Virus record (IMG/VR): IMGVR_UViG_3300044724_008989
Span: 1 to 54,302 of that record
Source: a virus
Lineage: Duplodnaviria > Caudoviricetes
Length of the DNA: 54,302 nucleotides
Direction: 5' to 3' (one strand)
The stretch's first letter is position 1. Every line of letters starts with the position of its first letter. The notes beneath the pieces are model-generated. The model was given only the letters and a program-made list of their open reading frames with translations, had not been told where the DNA came from and did no database searches. Shown here in pieces: positions 7,486 through 15,932 of the stretch. Position numbers and translations under genes: made by a program.

Positions 7486-9586
7486 ATACTACACCTTGCA
7501 TCCTGTCTTGAAGTCTACGGTGAGACGCATCACTTGAGCGAGCAGATGGTCCTCCACCAATCATAGTAGTAGAGTTATTGTTGACGTTAGTGCTTACGTT
7601 AGATCCACCAGTTGTATTGGAGATGATGATTGGGGTCGACGCCGCACTCTGTACATTACGCGAAGCTTGGTTTACAGGACTGTTAAGTATACTATTAGGA
7701 GTGCCGCCTACATTTTGATTAATTGTAGTTGGACTTATTTGGTTTTGATTTTGAACGCTTGAAAGTACATTAGACGATAATGAATTTAATGAGCTAGGAT
7801 TACTAGACGACTGCACTGCATTCATATATGATGTTGTAGCTTGTACTAAAGGAGCAATTGCCTCTTGCACATGCACGTCAGCTTTCTCAGTAGCTTGTAC
7901 TAAAGGAGCAATTGCCTCTTGCACATGCACGTCATGTACATAAAGAGAACCTTTCTCAGTAGCTTTCTCAACTAATAACTCAGTTGCATCTGCAGTCTTT
8001 TCTGTAGCAGCAATAGTCTTCTCTTCAGCCGGAGTTGGATTAGGATTGGCCATTGCATATGCACCACCTCCAAGTTCAGCAGCCGCAGCAGATGCTTCTT
8101 CATATGTTGAGAATTGGTCAGTTACCTCACCCTGAGCGTCCATTACTTGGAACAAGTCGCTTGGAGGAGGGGGAGGTGGTGGTTCAGGAGTAGCAGCTGC
8201 CTCAGCAGCACCAATAGCTTGAGTAGCAGAGTCGGACCTCTGTTGAGCTTCCGTAATGTTAGATTGCAGTTCTGCTATTCGTCTAGTTCTACTAGCTTCA
8301 GCTCTTTTTCTATCTCTCTCAGAAAATGAACTATAATCTCTTGCTTCTAACTCAGTTATCTCCTCTTGAGCACCTGAAATCTCTCTTTGAGCAATCCGCT
8401 GTTCCGCTTCAGGGTCATAGTCACTAATCTTTAACGTACGTCCTAATGAATATAGTAGATCCTTTCCTCTATCGATAGCATCACTCACATACTGATCTAT
8501 GTTAACTAAAATATCTTTTAGACCATCGAACAAACTACCAACAATCTCTTCAAAAGAGAAGCTGTCTAGGAACTCAGCTACATCAGTTGCACCAAGTTGT
8601 TCTGCTACCCACGAGACACCACTTTTAAGCAAATCAAGAGGTACAAAAAATAAACCAGTGATTAAGCCTTTGAGACCTCCTATTAACCCTGCGGTCAGCT
8701 TTTGAAGCAAACTACCTTCTTGTTCTTTGAAACCATCTATAGCTCCAGTCACTGTATCAAATATAGCCATTATGGCTGCAATAGGAGCTGCTAATCTTCC
8801 TATCAACCTTCCTGCATTTCTCAGTACAGATCCAATCCGTCCAATAGTACTACCAATGCTTTTAAAAAAACTGCTTATCCTTCCAGCACCATCAGTCAGG
8901 GGTTTAAGTACATTGCCAGGGTTAAAATAATTTAAAACCTTGGTTGCTATATCACTTAGTATTTTTGCAAAGCCACCTATACTTTTTGAAATTCTTTCTA
9001 AGCCAGTCATTTTTCGAAAACGACCATCTACATCACGAATACCAGAGTTTATTCGTTGGAAGCCAATATCAAACGCATCACCTATGCCCTTTATGGCAGC
9101 AAAGAATCTCGACTGCTTACCAAAGGTCTTAGTTAGAGTGTCAGTGATAGGTGAAAATAATCTAGAAACCAAGGCTGGTAAGGATTTTAAAAATGGTGTG
9201 TTTCTTAGTATTAACCTTACCGAATCGAATAAACCTTCGATTGTACCTATAAGCAAAGCTGGCAGGGCAGCAAGCATAGCTCCGAAAAGACCTGCCCCTT
9301 CGATTGGTTTTGCATCCTCTCTAGTTGCTAACTGTGATCCAGTTTGATTAAGACTGGCAGATTGTTCCCTCATACGTTCGATAGCAGCTAATTTAGTTTC
9401 ATTATATCTTTCCTGCTCAGCATCAAAGAAATCAAAAAGACTTTCTTTGATGGCGAGCACACTTTGGTTTATTTGAACCAATATATCAAGCATTATATCT
9501 TCTTTATTCAATGAAAGAAGCATGGTATTTCTGGTTGCTAGGTTCTCTGCTTTCACAGTTTGTATAAGTGTTTGGATATCGCTCAT
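7484..9586 (-). CDS. tail tape measure / baseplate hub protein (gp29-like)
   Basis: Amphipathic helical Gly/Ala/Leu repeats, RDVDGRF motif, C-terminal N/T-rich 'PIIISN..NVSTNVNNNSTT' segment; lies after gp26/gp51. Confidence 0.8.
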   Translation of the reverse strand: MSDIQTLIQTVKAENLATRNTMLLSLNKEDIMLDILVQINQSVLAIKESLFDFFDAEQERYNETKLAAIERMREQSASLNQTGSQLATREDAKPIEGAGLFGAMLAALPALLIGTIEGLFDSVRLILRNTPFLKSLPALVSRLFSPITDTLTKTFGKQSRFFAAIKGIGDAFDIGFQRINSGIRDVDGRFRKMTGLERISKSIGGFAKILSDIATKVLNYFNPGNVLKPLTDGAGRISSFFKSIGSTIGRIGSVLRNAGRLIGRLAAPIAAIMAIFDTVTGAIDGFKEQEGSLLQKLTAGLIGGLKGLITGLFFVPLDLLKSGVSWVAEQLGATDVAEFLDSFSFEEIVGSLFDGLKDILVNIDQYVSDAIDRGKDLLYSLGRTLKISDYDPEAEQRIAQREISGAQEEITELEARDYSSFSERDRKRAEASRTRRIAELQSNITEAQQRSDSATQAIGAAEAAATPEPPPPPPPSDLFQVMDAQGEVTDQFSTYEEASAAAAELGGGAYAMANPNPTPAEEKTIAATEKTADATELLVEKATEKGSLYVHDVHVQEAIAPLVQATEKADVHVQEAIAPLVQATTSYMNAVQSSSNPSSLNSLSSNVLSSVQNQNQISPTTINQNVGGTPNSILNSPVNQASRNVQSAASTPIIISNTTGGSNVSTNVNNNSTTMIGGGPSARSSDASHRRLQDRMQGVV
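7836..7934. repeat. 45-bp perfect direct repeat x2 (period 54) in the tape measure gene
   Basis: 7836-7880 is identical to 7890-7934; encodes DVHVQEAIAPLVQAT twice. Confidence 0.95.
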
Positions 9587-9765
9587 TTCTTTTCTTCTAA
9601 CCTTAGTCGTTCTTCTTCTAAGTAAGCTATCAAGTATGCAACGTATATTTGTCTTTCAAATGGTATCATGTTTTCAAGATCACTTAAACTATACTTATGG
9701 TGTTGCATCAAGGAAAAGTTAATGTTGTAATGATTAGCTAGGGAATCATAACCGAACGCTACGTA
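9583..9765 (-). CDS. gp51: gp51-like baseplate hub assembly segment (probable -1 frameshift extension of gp26)
   Basis: YVAFGYDSLANHYNINFSLMQHHKYSLSDLENMIPFERQIYVAYLIAYLEEE...; first ATG (9708) lacks an SD; TGA overlaps the tape measure ATG. Confidence 0.8.
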   Translation of the reverse strand, partial: YVAFGYDSLANHYNINFSLMQHHKYSLSDLENMIPFERQIYVAYLIAYLEEERLRLEEKK

Positions 9766-10469
9766 AAAAAATTGTTGAGGCCCTCTACAGTCAGTGTCTC
9801 AGTTTCTCCACACTTTTCACAAGTCCAAGTAATGGTGTGAGACAATTTTGGAGAACTCGCTAAAAATTCTTGAATCTTAGTAAACTGACTCTGATTAAGT
9901 CCCTCTAAAAAAGACACTACCTCTTCTTGTGTAAAGTCTTCATATACACTATCATTATCATAAATCATAACAACGCATTGTGCTATCAAGTTCATCAAGT
10001 CATCGAAGCCGGGATCGTCCTGATTAATATTAAGGCTCGAACTTATTCCAGGAGGTCTCATTTTGATTCCAATACTATCCGTCAGCTGGATCGTATCATT
10101 ATAGTTCTCCGGAAACTTTACTTTAACTTCATCCAAATTTATCGACACATCACTAACGTGGGTACATTCGCTGTTTGGATGTCTTACTTTTAGATCGATC
10201 TGCTCTCCAACCGACTTACCTCTTAGTTTTAAGAACAAGTATTCAACATCGTACATTGTGATGTTTTCTACATTGAAGTATTCAGGTGATAAAACACATG
10301 CACCTAAAATGTTTTTGACAGCATTGACCATCTCATGTTGATCACCACCTTGTAGAGCCATAAACAAAATCTTTTCTTCTTTAACTAGAAAGGGTCTAAA
10401 CAATATAGACTCTCCAGTTGAAGGAAGTGTGGTTTCAAACTCAGGTGTTTGTAATAAAGGCAAAGCCAT
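9759..10469 (-). CDS. gp26: baseplate hub assembly protein
   Basis: MALP...FRPFLVKEEKIL, DVEYLFLKLRGKSVGE, CEKCG..EGL..FF. Confidence 0.92.
   Translation of the reverse strand: MALPLLQTPEFETTLPSTGESILFRPFLVKEEKILFMALQGGDQHEMVNAVKNILGACVLSPEYFNVENITMYDVEYLFLKLRGKSVGEQIDLKVRHPNSECTHVSDVSINLDEVKVKFPENYNDTIQLTDSIGIKMRPPGISSSLNINQDDPGFDDLMNLIAQCVVMIYDNDSVYEDFTQEEVVSFLEGLNQSQFTKIQEFLASSPKLSHTITWTCEKCGETETLTVEGLNNFFT
9765..9771 (-). other. candidate programmed -1 ribosomal frameshift site (U UUU UUU)
   Basis: AAC AAT TTT TTT ACG TAG at the end of gp26; the -1 frame runs straight into the gp51-like coding sequence. Confidence 0.7.
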
Positions 10470-10486
10470 AATTTATCCTCTTTTCA

Positions 10487-11077
10487 TTAAAAAGCTGAAG
10501 ATCCACCGCTAGCTCTTTTACTCAAGCTCATCTCAGTAAAATATCTATATTGCATGGATACTGTAAAAGTCAAAAGTTCTGTTGATTGATAGCTATAGGT
10601 CAGGTCACTAACATTTCTTGGCCAAGCCTCCATCAACCTTATCTCGTTGGTAACCTTTTCCTTACCGGTAACAGATTGGTGATCGTAATGGAAGATGCTT
10701 ACTGACTTTACATAGTCATCATAATAGCCAGTATCAAAATCACTTTCGGAAACTGTGCCGCCTATACTCGAAGCTCCTCCTACCCTCCGGTGTGATCCAA
10801 TAATGTCATCCTGCCATTCCAAAAAGAATGCTCTCTCTGTAAGTTCAGAACTGGATAGAATAGTCATGGTGATAGGTTGATAAATTACACCATAACCTAT
10901 TTCTTGTACTGCTCCATATACTCCAGTAGGTGTTGCTGTAAGTTGTCGACCAGGAGCAGTGACAGCAATTGCTCTATAAGCAATTTCATAGTTACCACCT
11001 ATGAAAACTCGGTAGCTAGAGTTCTTAGCTAGGCCGCGGCTCAGGTCTCCTTTAATCGTGTCTAATCGAAATGGCAT
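10487..11077 (-). CDS. baseplate tail-tube initiator (gp54-like, gp19 paralogue)
   Basis: ERAFFLEWQD, YYDDYV, LMEAWPRNV, FTVSMQYRY. Confidence 0.8.
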   Translation of the reverse strand: MPFRLDTIKGDLSRGLAKNSSYRVFIGGNYEIAYRAIAVTAPGRQLTATPTGVYGAVQEIGYGVIYQPITMTILSSSELTERAFFLEWQDDIIGSHRRVGGASSIGGTVSESDFDTGYYDDYVKSVSIFHYDHQSVTGKEKVTNEIRLMEAWPRNVSDLTYSYQSTELLTFTVSMQYRYFTEMSLSKRASGGSSAF

Positions 11078-11664
11078 TACTGGAGTGCTCCTAGTGAGTC
11101 TCTATGTATACGTGCAGCAGACGCCTTCTCAAACCGTTGTAAGGGAAGAAAAAGAGCGATGTCCCACTCTACTGGCTCTATCTTTACAAACCTTGTACGC
11201 ACGTGACTAGCAAGGTACTTCTTGAATGTTGGTTTGAATGCTCTAAACCTAGATGCGCTCTTTAATACGTTGTAGTTGATACGCAGCTTAGTCTTATCAT
11301 TGTATCTCTGATCTGATACTGTCTTATATAGAGCATCCATCAGTACTGCTCTCTGCCTGAGAGGAAGATAGTGCATGTTAAGACCAACAAAGCCACCTTC
11401 TGCTTCGTCTACTGGTATCACGAGAGGGAACCTGTCGTAGTATGGTAGTGTCTTCTTATGCTTAGGATCGTATCCAAATAGAAACATACCACCTACTTCT
11501 GGCTTACCAACATAATTGTCACTACTAGAGATAAGTCTACCAGGCTGAGTACGAGTGTTGGATGCTTTGTCTCTAAACCATGTACGTGCTTGTTGAGTAC
11601 GCGCAGGTATCTGTCCTGCACGAGCACCCTGTGCAATTATCCGATCGAATACGTATGCTACCAT
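11077..11664 (-). CDS. gp2: DNA end protector protein
   Basis: YDPKHKKTLPYYDRFPL, GLNMHYLP, WDIALFLPLQRF. Confidence 0.95.
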   Translation of the reverse strand: MVAYVFDRIIAQGARAGQIPARTQQARTWFRDKASNTRTQPGRLISSSDNYVGKPEVGGMFLFGYDPKHKKTLPYYDRFPLVIPVDEAEGGFVGLNMHYLPLRQRAVLMDALYKTVSDQRYNDKTKLRINYNVLKSASRFRAFKPTFKKYLASHVRTRFVKIEPVEWDIALFLPLQRFEKASAARIHRDSLGALQ

Positions 11665-12101
11665 TAGATTCCTAGCTCTTTCTCTGTAATGATCTGAAAC
11701 TTCCAGCCTCGATCCTTACAGTACTCTTTAGCAAACTGCCACTTGCTACTATTTATGCCATAAGTAGCAACCTCATTGATATACTTTTTGGTCTTACGGC
11801 TGCGAACAATAGGAGGTTGTGTCTGAGCGTATGGTTTAACTTCGATAAGTATAGTATCGGTAGCACCTCTAGCAGTGCGTACCTTTATAAGGAAGTCGGG
11901 ATAGTATCTATGCAGACGACCATCTAATGGTGATCTGTATGGTATAATTACTTCTTCACTACACCATTCCAATACATTTGGGTTGTTATCACAATAAACC
12001 ATGAACATCCTTTCCCAACTGGACCGATAAATAATACAATCGGGATCACCTTTGTACTTGTTAGGATGGCGTGGCTTATAGTATCCCTTATGTGTTTTCA
12101 T
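11664..12101 (-). CDS. gp4: head completion nuclease
   Basis: KYKGDP..IIYRSSWE..FM.YCD, HRYYPDF, IEVKP, ITEKEL. Confidence 0.95.
   Translation of the reverse strand: MKTHKGYYKPRHPNKYKGDPDCIIYRSSWERMFMVYCDNNPNVLEWCSEEVIIPYRSPLDGRLHRYYPDFLIKVRTARGATDTILIEVKPYAQTQPPIVRSRKTKKYINEVATYGINSSKWQFAKEYCKDRGWKFQIITEKELGI
12026..12033 (+). promoter_or_regulatory. T4-like late promoter candidate for gp48 (inside gp4, antisense)
   Basis: GATAAATA about 95 nt upstream of the gp48 ATG. Confidence 0.45.
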
Positions 12102-12106
12102 TCAAC

Positions 12107-12113
12107 TATTTAG
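12107..12113 (-). promoter_or_regulatory. late promoter candidate for gp4
   Basis: CTAAATA on the minus strand, 5 nt before the gp4 ATG (near-leaderless). Confidence 0.55.
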
Positions 12114-12128
12114 AAAGAGAAGATAGTT

Positions 12129-13871
12129 ATGCCGCTCACAGATATTATTCTAGGCGCCGATTACCGTGAGTCAACACCTGGAAGACCTGGAAGATTTCTT
12201 AGAGAAGAAACCTTTCTAGCTCACGCTAATCCTAGACTGCAACAACTTTATACTGATCTCAGATCAGAAGGATATGCGGTTAATTATGATGTAAATGCAC
12301 TGGACAATCTTAAGAAGCTAGAGTGGTACTGGGCTAATGCTCCTATCAGAGCCATTATGGATCATTATGGAACTGGTCCGGATCAAAGTAAAACTGGTAA
12401 AGCAGTTCCTGGATATCTCGGTCGGGAAGGCCTTGGAGGAGTGTTTGAATCTTACTCGTCTAGTGGCGAGAGGCTGCTGTGGTATGTTCAAAATGAAGCT
12501 TTTGGCAAAGACGGTCATTCTAAAAAACTTACACCTGATCAAGTTGCCAAATTTAACGAATATGGTACTTTTTCTGATAAGAAGATAGAAACAATACAGC
12601 GTGAAAGGTTTGAAAAGAAAAATAATTTTTACGCTGCAGTAAATGATGTCGGCGACAGCAGCTTGCAAAGTGCGTACTTTAACCGAAATTGGAATACTTT
12701 ACGAGAATATCTTGCCAAGTATAACAAACAGCGCGGCGAAGACAAGTCTTTAAGTTGGTGGAAAACATTTGTTCCTATTGCTTTTTATCAGCAAAAACCA
12801 GGCAGCAATGCTCAAAGAAGCATTCTTGCTGCTGTAGTAGATGGTACTCATACGTTTGATGCTTCTAATAGATCGTCGTATGGAATAGTAAAGCCGCCAA
12901 CAGCATCGTATGTCTGGACAACACAATCAGGTGTTGGTGGTATTGGAAACCAAGATGCAAGCGGTACGATTACCAACCCAGTTGGTCGAACTGCAGAAAA
13001 CGATCCAAGCCCGTATCAAGGGGAAACTGTAAACAAGCTCGCGAGGTTGCAAAAACCTATTCAAAACATAGGGTCGTTTACGTTTCCTCCAGACCTTGAC
13101 ACACATTACATCACATTCACCTCTTTTTCAAGAGGACGAACTAAAAGAGGATCGGTCAGGCAGCCAAGAGAGACAGGATCTATCAGTCTACCAATTCCAA
13201 ACAACCTTTCCACAGGATATGGTGCTCAGTATAGTGAGGTAGGTCTTCAAGTGCTTGGTAATGCTGCACAGGATTTTGTGAGAGGGGGCGGAACTGTACG
13301 TTCTGCTGTAGATCAATTCAAAATTGGTGAAGCGGGAGAGCTTTTGGGTGCACAGGCAGCTGCCATTGGAGCATCCATTGCTCCTGAAGTTGGTGCTCTT
13401 TTAGGTGGTGCTATGGGCGGTGTACTTGGATTACCAGTTGGTGCTGCTTTGGCTGGAGGGGTGAGAGGGGCTATGTCTGGAGCTGGGTTGGCAGTTAATC
13501 CACATATGGCTGTTTTGTTTGAAGGAGTCAATTTTAGGACACACACATTCAACTATAAGTTTTCTCCAAGATCATCGAGCGAGAGTTTGACGTTGGATGA
13601 AATAATCTTTACATTTAAGTTTGCTATGCATCCTGGCAAGGATGGACTTGCGTTCTTTAACTATCCTGACGAGTTTGAAATTGAGTTTTCTCATCCAGAC
13701 TACCTTTTCAATATTGGAAACTCAGTTCTCACTTCGTTTAATGTTAGTTACCAGCCTGATGGAGGATCTCATTATCATCACAACGGTGCACCAGTATCAA
13801 TTGGTTTGCAGTTAGCATTTACCGAGATTGATATTAACACCAAAGAAGAAATCGGAGCATTGGGAAGATAA
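12129..13871 (+). CDS. gp48: baseplate tail-tube cap with long N-terminal extension
   Basis: C-terminal half: ISLPIPNNL..Y, NPHMAVLFEGVNFRTHTFNYKFSPRS, YPDEFEI, VLTSFNVSY.PDG, LAFTE. Confidence 0.88.
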   Translation: MPLTDIILGADYRESTPGRPGRFLREETFLAHANPRLQQLYTDLRSEGYAVNYDVNALDNLKKLEWYWANAPIRAIMDHYGTGPDQSKTGKAVPGYLGREGLGGVFESYSSSGERLLWYVQNEAFGKDGHSKKLTPDQVAKFNEYGTFSDKKIETIQRERFEKKNNFYAAVNDVGDSSLQSAYFNRNWNTLREYLAKYNKQRGEDKSLSWWKTFVPIAFYQQKPGSNAQRSILAAVVDGTHTFDASNRSSYGIVKPPTASYVWTTQSGVGGIGNQDASGTITNPVGRTAENDPSPYQGETVNKLARLQKPIQNIGSFTFPPDLDTHYITFTSFSRGRTKRGSVRQPRETGSISLPIPNNLSTGYGAQYSEVGLQVLGNAAQDFVRGGGTVRSAVDQFKIGEAGELLGAQAAAIGASIAPEVGALLGGAMGGVLGLPVGAALAGGVRGAMSGAGLAVNPHMAVLFEGVNFRTHTFNYKFSPRSSSESLTLDEIIFTFKFAMHPGKDGLAFFNYPDEFEIEFSHPDYLFNIGNSVLTSFNVSYQPDGGSHYHHNGAPVSIGLQLAFTEIDINTKEEIGALGR

Positions 13872-13873
13872 CC

Positions 13874-14467
13874 ATGTCGTACATGTTTAAAGATTGGCCT
13901 TATTTTGCTTACGATCTCAAAAGAAATGGCAACAAGAACATCATAACCGATATTTCGTACAGATTTAAGATGAGTGATCTGTTGAAGGATAGAACGGTTG
14001 TGATGTATGAGTATCAGGTGCAAGATGGAGAAAGGGCTGAGCATATTGCGCATAAGTATTATGATGATGCATCGCTTGACTGGGTGATCTATATGACCAA
14101 TGACATCATTGATCCCCAGTTTGATTGGCCTCTTGGTCAACGAGAGCTAGAGAGGTTTATTACACAAAAGTATGGAAGTGCACAAGCTGCACAGTCTACA
14201 ATCCACCACTACGAAAAAATTCTGCAACAACCATCTATAGTACCAGCAGACGATGCTGCTTACTCAGTTGGAGTCAAGCAAAGAACTATTATCGTTGATA
14301 AAGACACTCACGATCTGCTTTCACCATCATTAAGACGAGCTGTTGATAGCTATACGTACGAAGTAGAACTCAATGAGCAAAAGAGTAGAATCAAGTTAGT
14401 AGATCAAAAGTATATCCAAGGTCTTCTCACATCTTATCGTAATGAAGTACAGCAAATAGGTCGCTAA
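13874..14467 (+). CDS. gp53: baseplate wedge protein
   Basis: YQVQDGERAEHIAHKYY...WVI..TNDIIDP.FDWPL, IHHYE, YE..LNE.K..IKL. Confidence 0.93.
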   Translation: MSYMFKDWPYFAYDLKRNGNKNIITDISYRFKMSDLLKDRTVVMYEYQVQDGERAEHIAHKYYDDASLDWVIYMTNDIIDPQFDWPLGQRELERFITQKYGSAQAAQSTIHHYEKILQQPSIVPADDAAYSVGVKQRTIIVDKDTHDLLSPSLRRAVDSYTYEVELNEQKSRIKLVDQKYIQGLLTSYRNEVQQIGR

Positions 14468-15912
14468 TGTCTGATCCACATGAAATAACCCTATTCGACT
14501 TTAATATGCAGTTGAGCTCATCGCTCGCTGAGGAACCTGTTGATTTAAAACTAATGGTGGTCGAATATAATTTGTATGAAGACATCTTTAGTCCTTTTAT
14601 GAAGATTGAAGTGCTGATTAACGATGCTATAGGACTTATCGATAAGTTTCCTATCATCGGACAAGAGACTCTTACTCTATCCTATGCATTACAGACAGAG
14701 AAGATCTATCAAGAAAAGTTTAAGATATACAGAGTATCTAACCGTGCTCTACAGAAGGCTAGACAGCATTCTATCATACTTCACGGAATAACATTTGAAG
14801 GTCATGCAAATAGCCTTCAGTCAGTGTACAAACCCTATATCAATTATGAGGCAACAGATATTGTATTCGATCTTTTTTATGAGTACCTCCAGCCTTTCTA
14901 CAATAACCCAACAGCGCTGGTAAAGCCTCTCTACATGCCTGTAAAGTCACAAAACAAAATTTCTAGAGTGAGTACAGGACAGAACCCAATGCAGATTATC
15001 AATATGATTGCATCGGAATCACAAAGCACTACTTCATCAGACTACGAAAAACCATCAAATTTCGTGTTTTATGAGGACAATATAAAATTTAACTTTGTTC
15101 CTTTAGATTTTTTAATGAAGCAAAATAGTGGTGAAAGAATTCCAGAATTTTTTCTATCAGTTCCTCAAGAAAAGAATCAAAACGAAAAAGGCGAAAAAAC
15201 CTTCCCAAGCAAGTCAATTACCAGCTTTAAGTTCGTAGATGCGTTTGATCATTTGGACTCTGTACATAGAGGATCCTTTCAGAACGAAGTCAATGTGATC
15301 GATCCTATTACGAAACGATTCAAGATGCATCCAATATCCGGAGGTGACAAGAAGAAGTTCCAGTTTAAGTACAACAGAGACTTTGAATTTCTTACCCATC
15401 TACCCAACAGTGGCTTTAAGTTTGTAACAAAGGATAGTGATGTTGGCAAAGGAACAAAGCCTCAAGCAGCACACAGACGAATGATGGTGTCGCAGTTAGA
15501 GAGTGATGGTAATTCGTACTACTGGGAACGTCATCCTTATATGGGTACTAATTCTAGAGTGAGAGTAGGTGATCAGCTATACAATTATAGAGTACGTCAT
15601 AGATACCTTCCCGAGTCAATACACGAAAAAGAGAATATATTCACTCAAGTAGTTGAAGTGACTGTACCTGGGGATCCTAAGATAACAGTTGGTAGTCTGA
15701 TTAAGTTAAAAGTACCACAGCCAACCATTACGGAAGATGATCATCAGGAGTTTTTGAGATTGTATGGCCAAGAGGCTACGTTCTTGATTACTGCTATACG
15801 TAATATGTACATTGGAGCACAGGATGTTTATTATATGGTGCTATCATGTAGTGCAGAGTCGTTTGGTACTTTCCCGGAAGGTAAGACTGTGCTTCCTGGT
15901 GTGGATGCGTGA
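14467..15912 (+). CDS. baseplate hub protein (gp27-like)
   Basis: YEDIFSPF, PIIGQE, FVFYED, VPGD..ITVG; lies between gp53 and gp5. Confidence 0.75.
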   Translation: MSDPHEITLFDFNMQLSSSLAEEPVDLKLMVVEYNLYEDIFSPFMKIEVLINDAIGLIDKFPIIGQETLTLSYALQTEKIYQEKFKIYRVSNRALQKARQHSIILHGITFEGHANSLQSVYKPYINYEATDIVFDLFYEYLQPFYNNPTALVKPLYMPVKSQNKISRVSTGQNPMQIINMIASESQSTTSSDYEKPSNFVFYEDNIKFNFVPLDFLMKQNSGERIPEFFLSVPQEKNQNEKGEKTFPSKSITSFKFVDAFDHLDSVHRGSFQNEVNVIDPITKRFKMHPISGGDKKKFQFKYNRDFEFLTHLPNSGFKFVTKDSDVGKGTKPQAAHRRMMVSQLESDGNSYYWERHPYMGTNSRVRVGDQLYNYRVRHRYLPESIHEKENIFTQVVEVTVPGDPKITVGSLIKLKVPQPTITEDDHQEFLRLYGQEATFLITAIRNMYIGAQDVYYMVLSCSAESFGTFPEGKTVLPGVDA

Positions 15913-15932
15913 TCGATGATGAGGAATGATTA

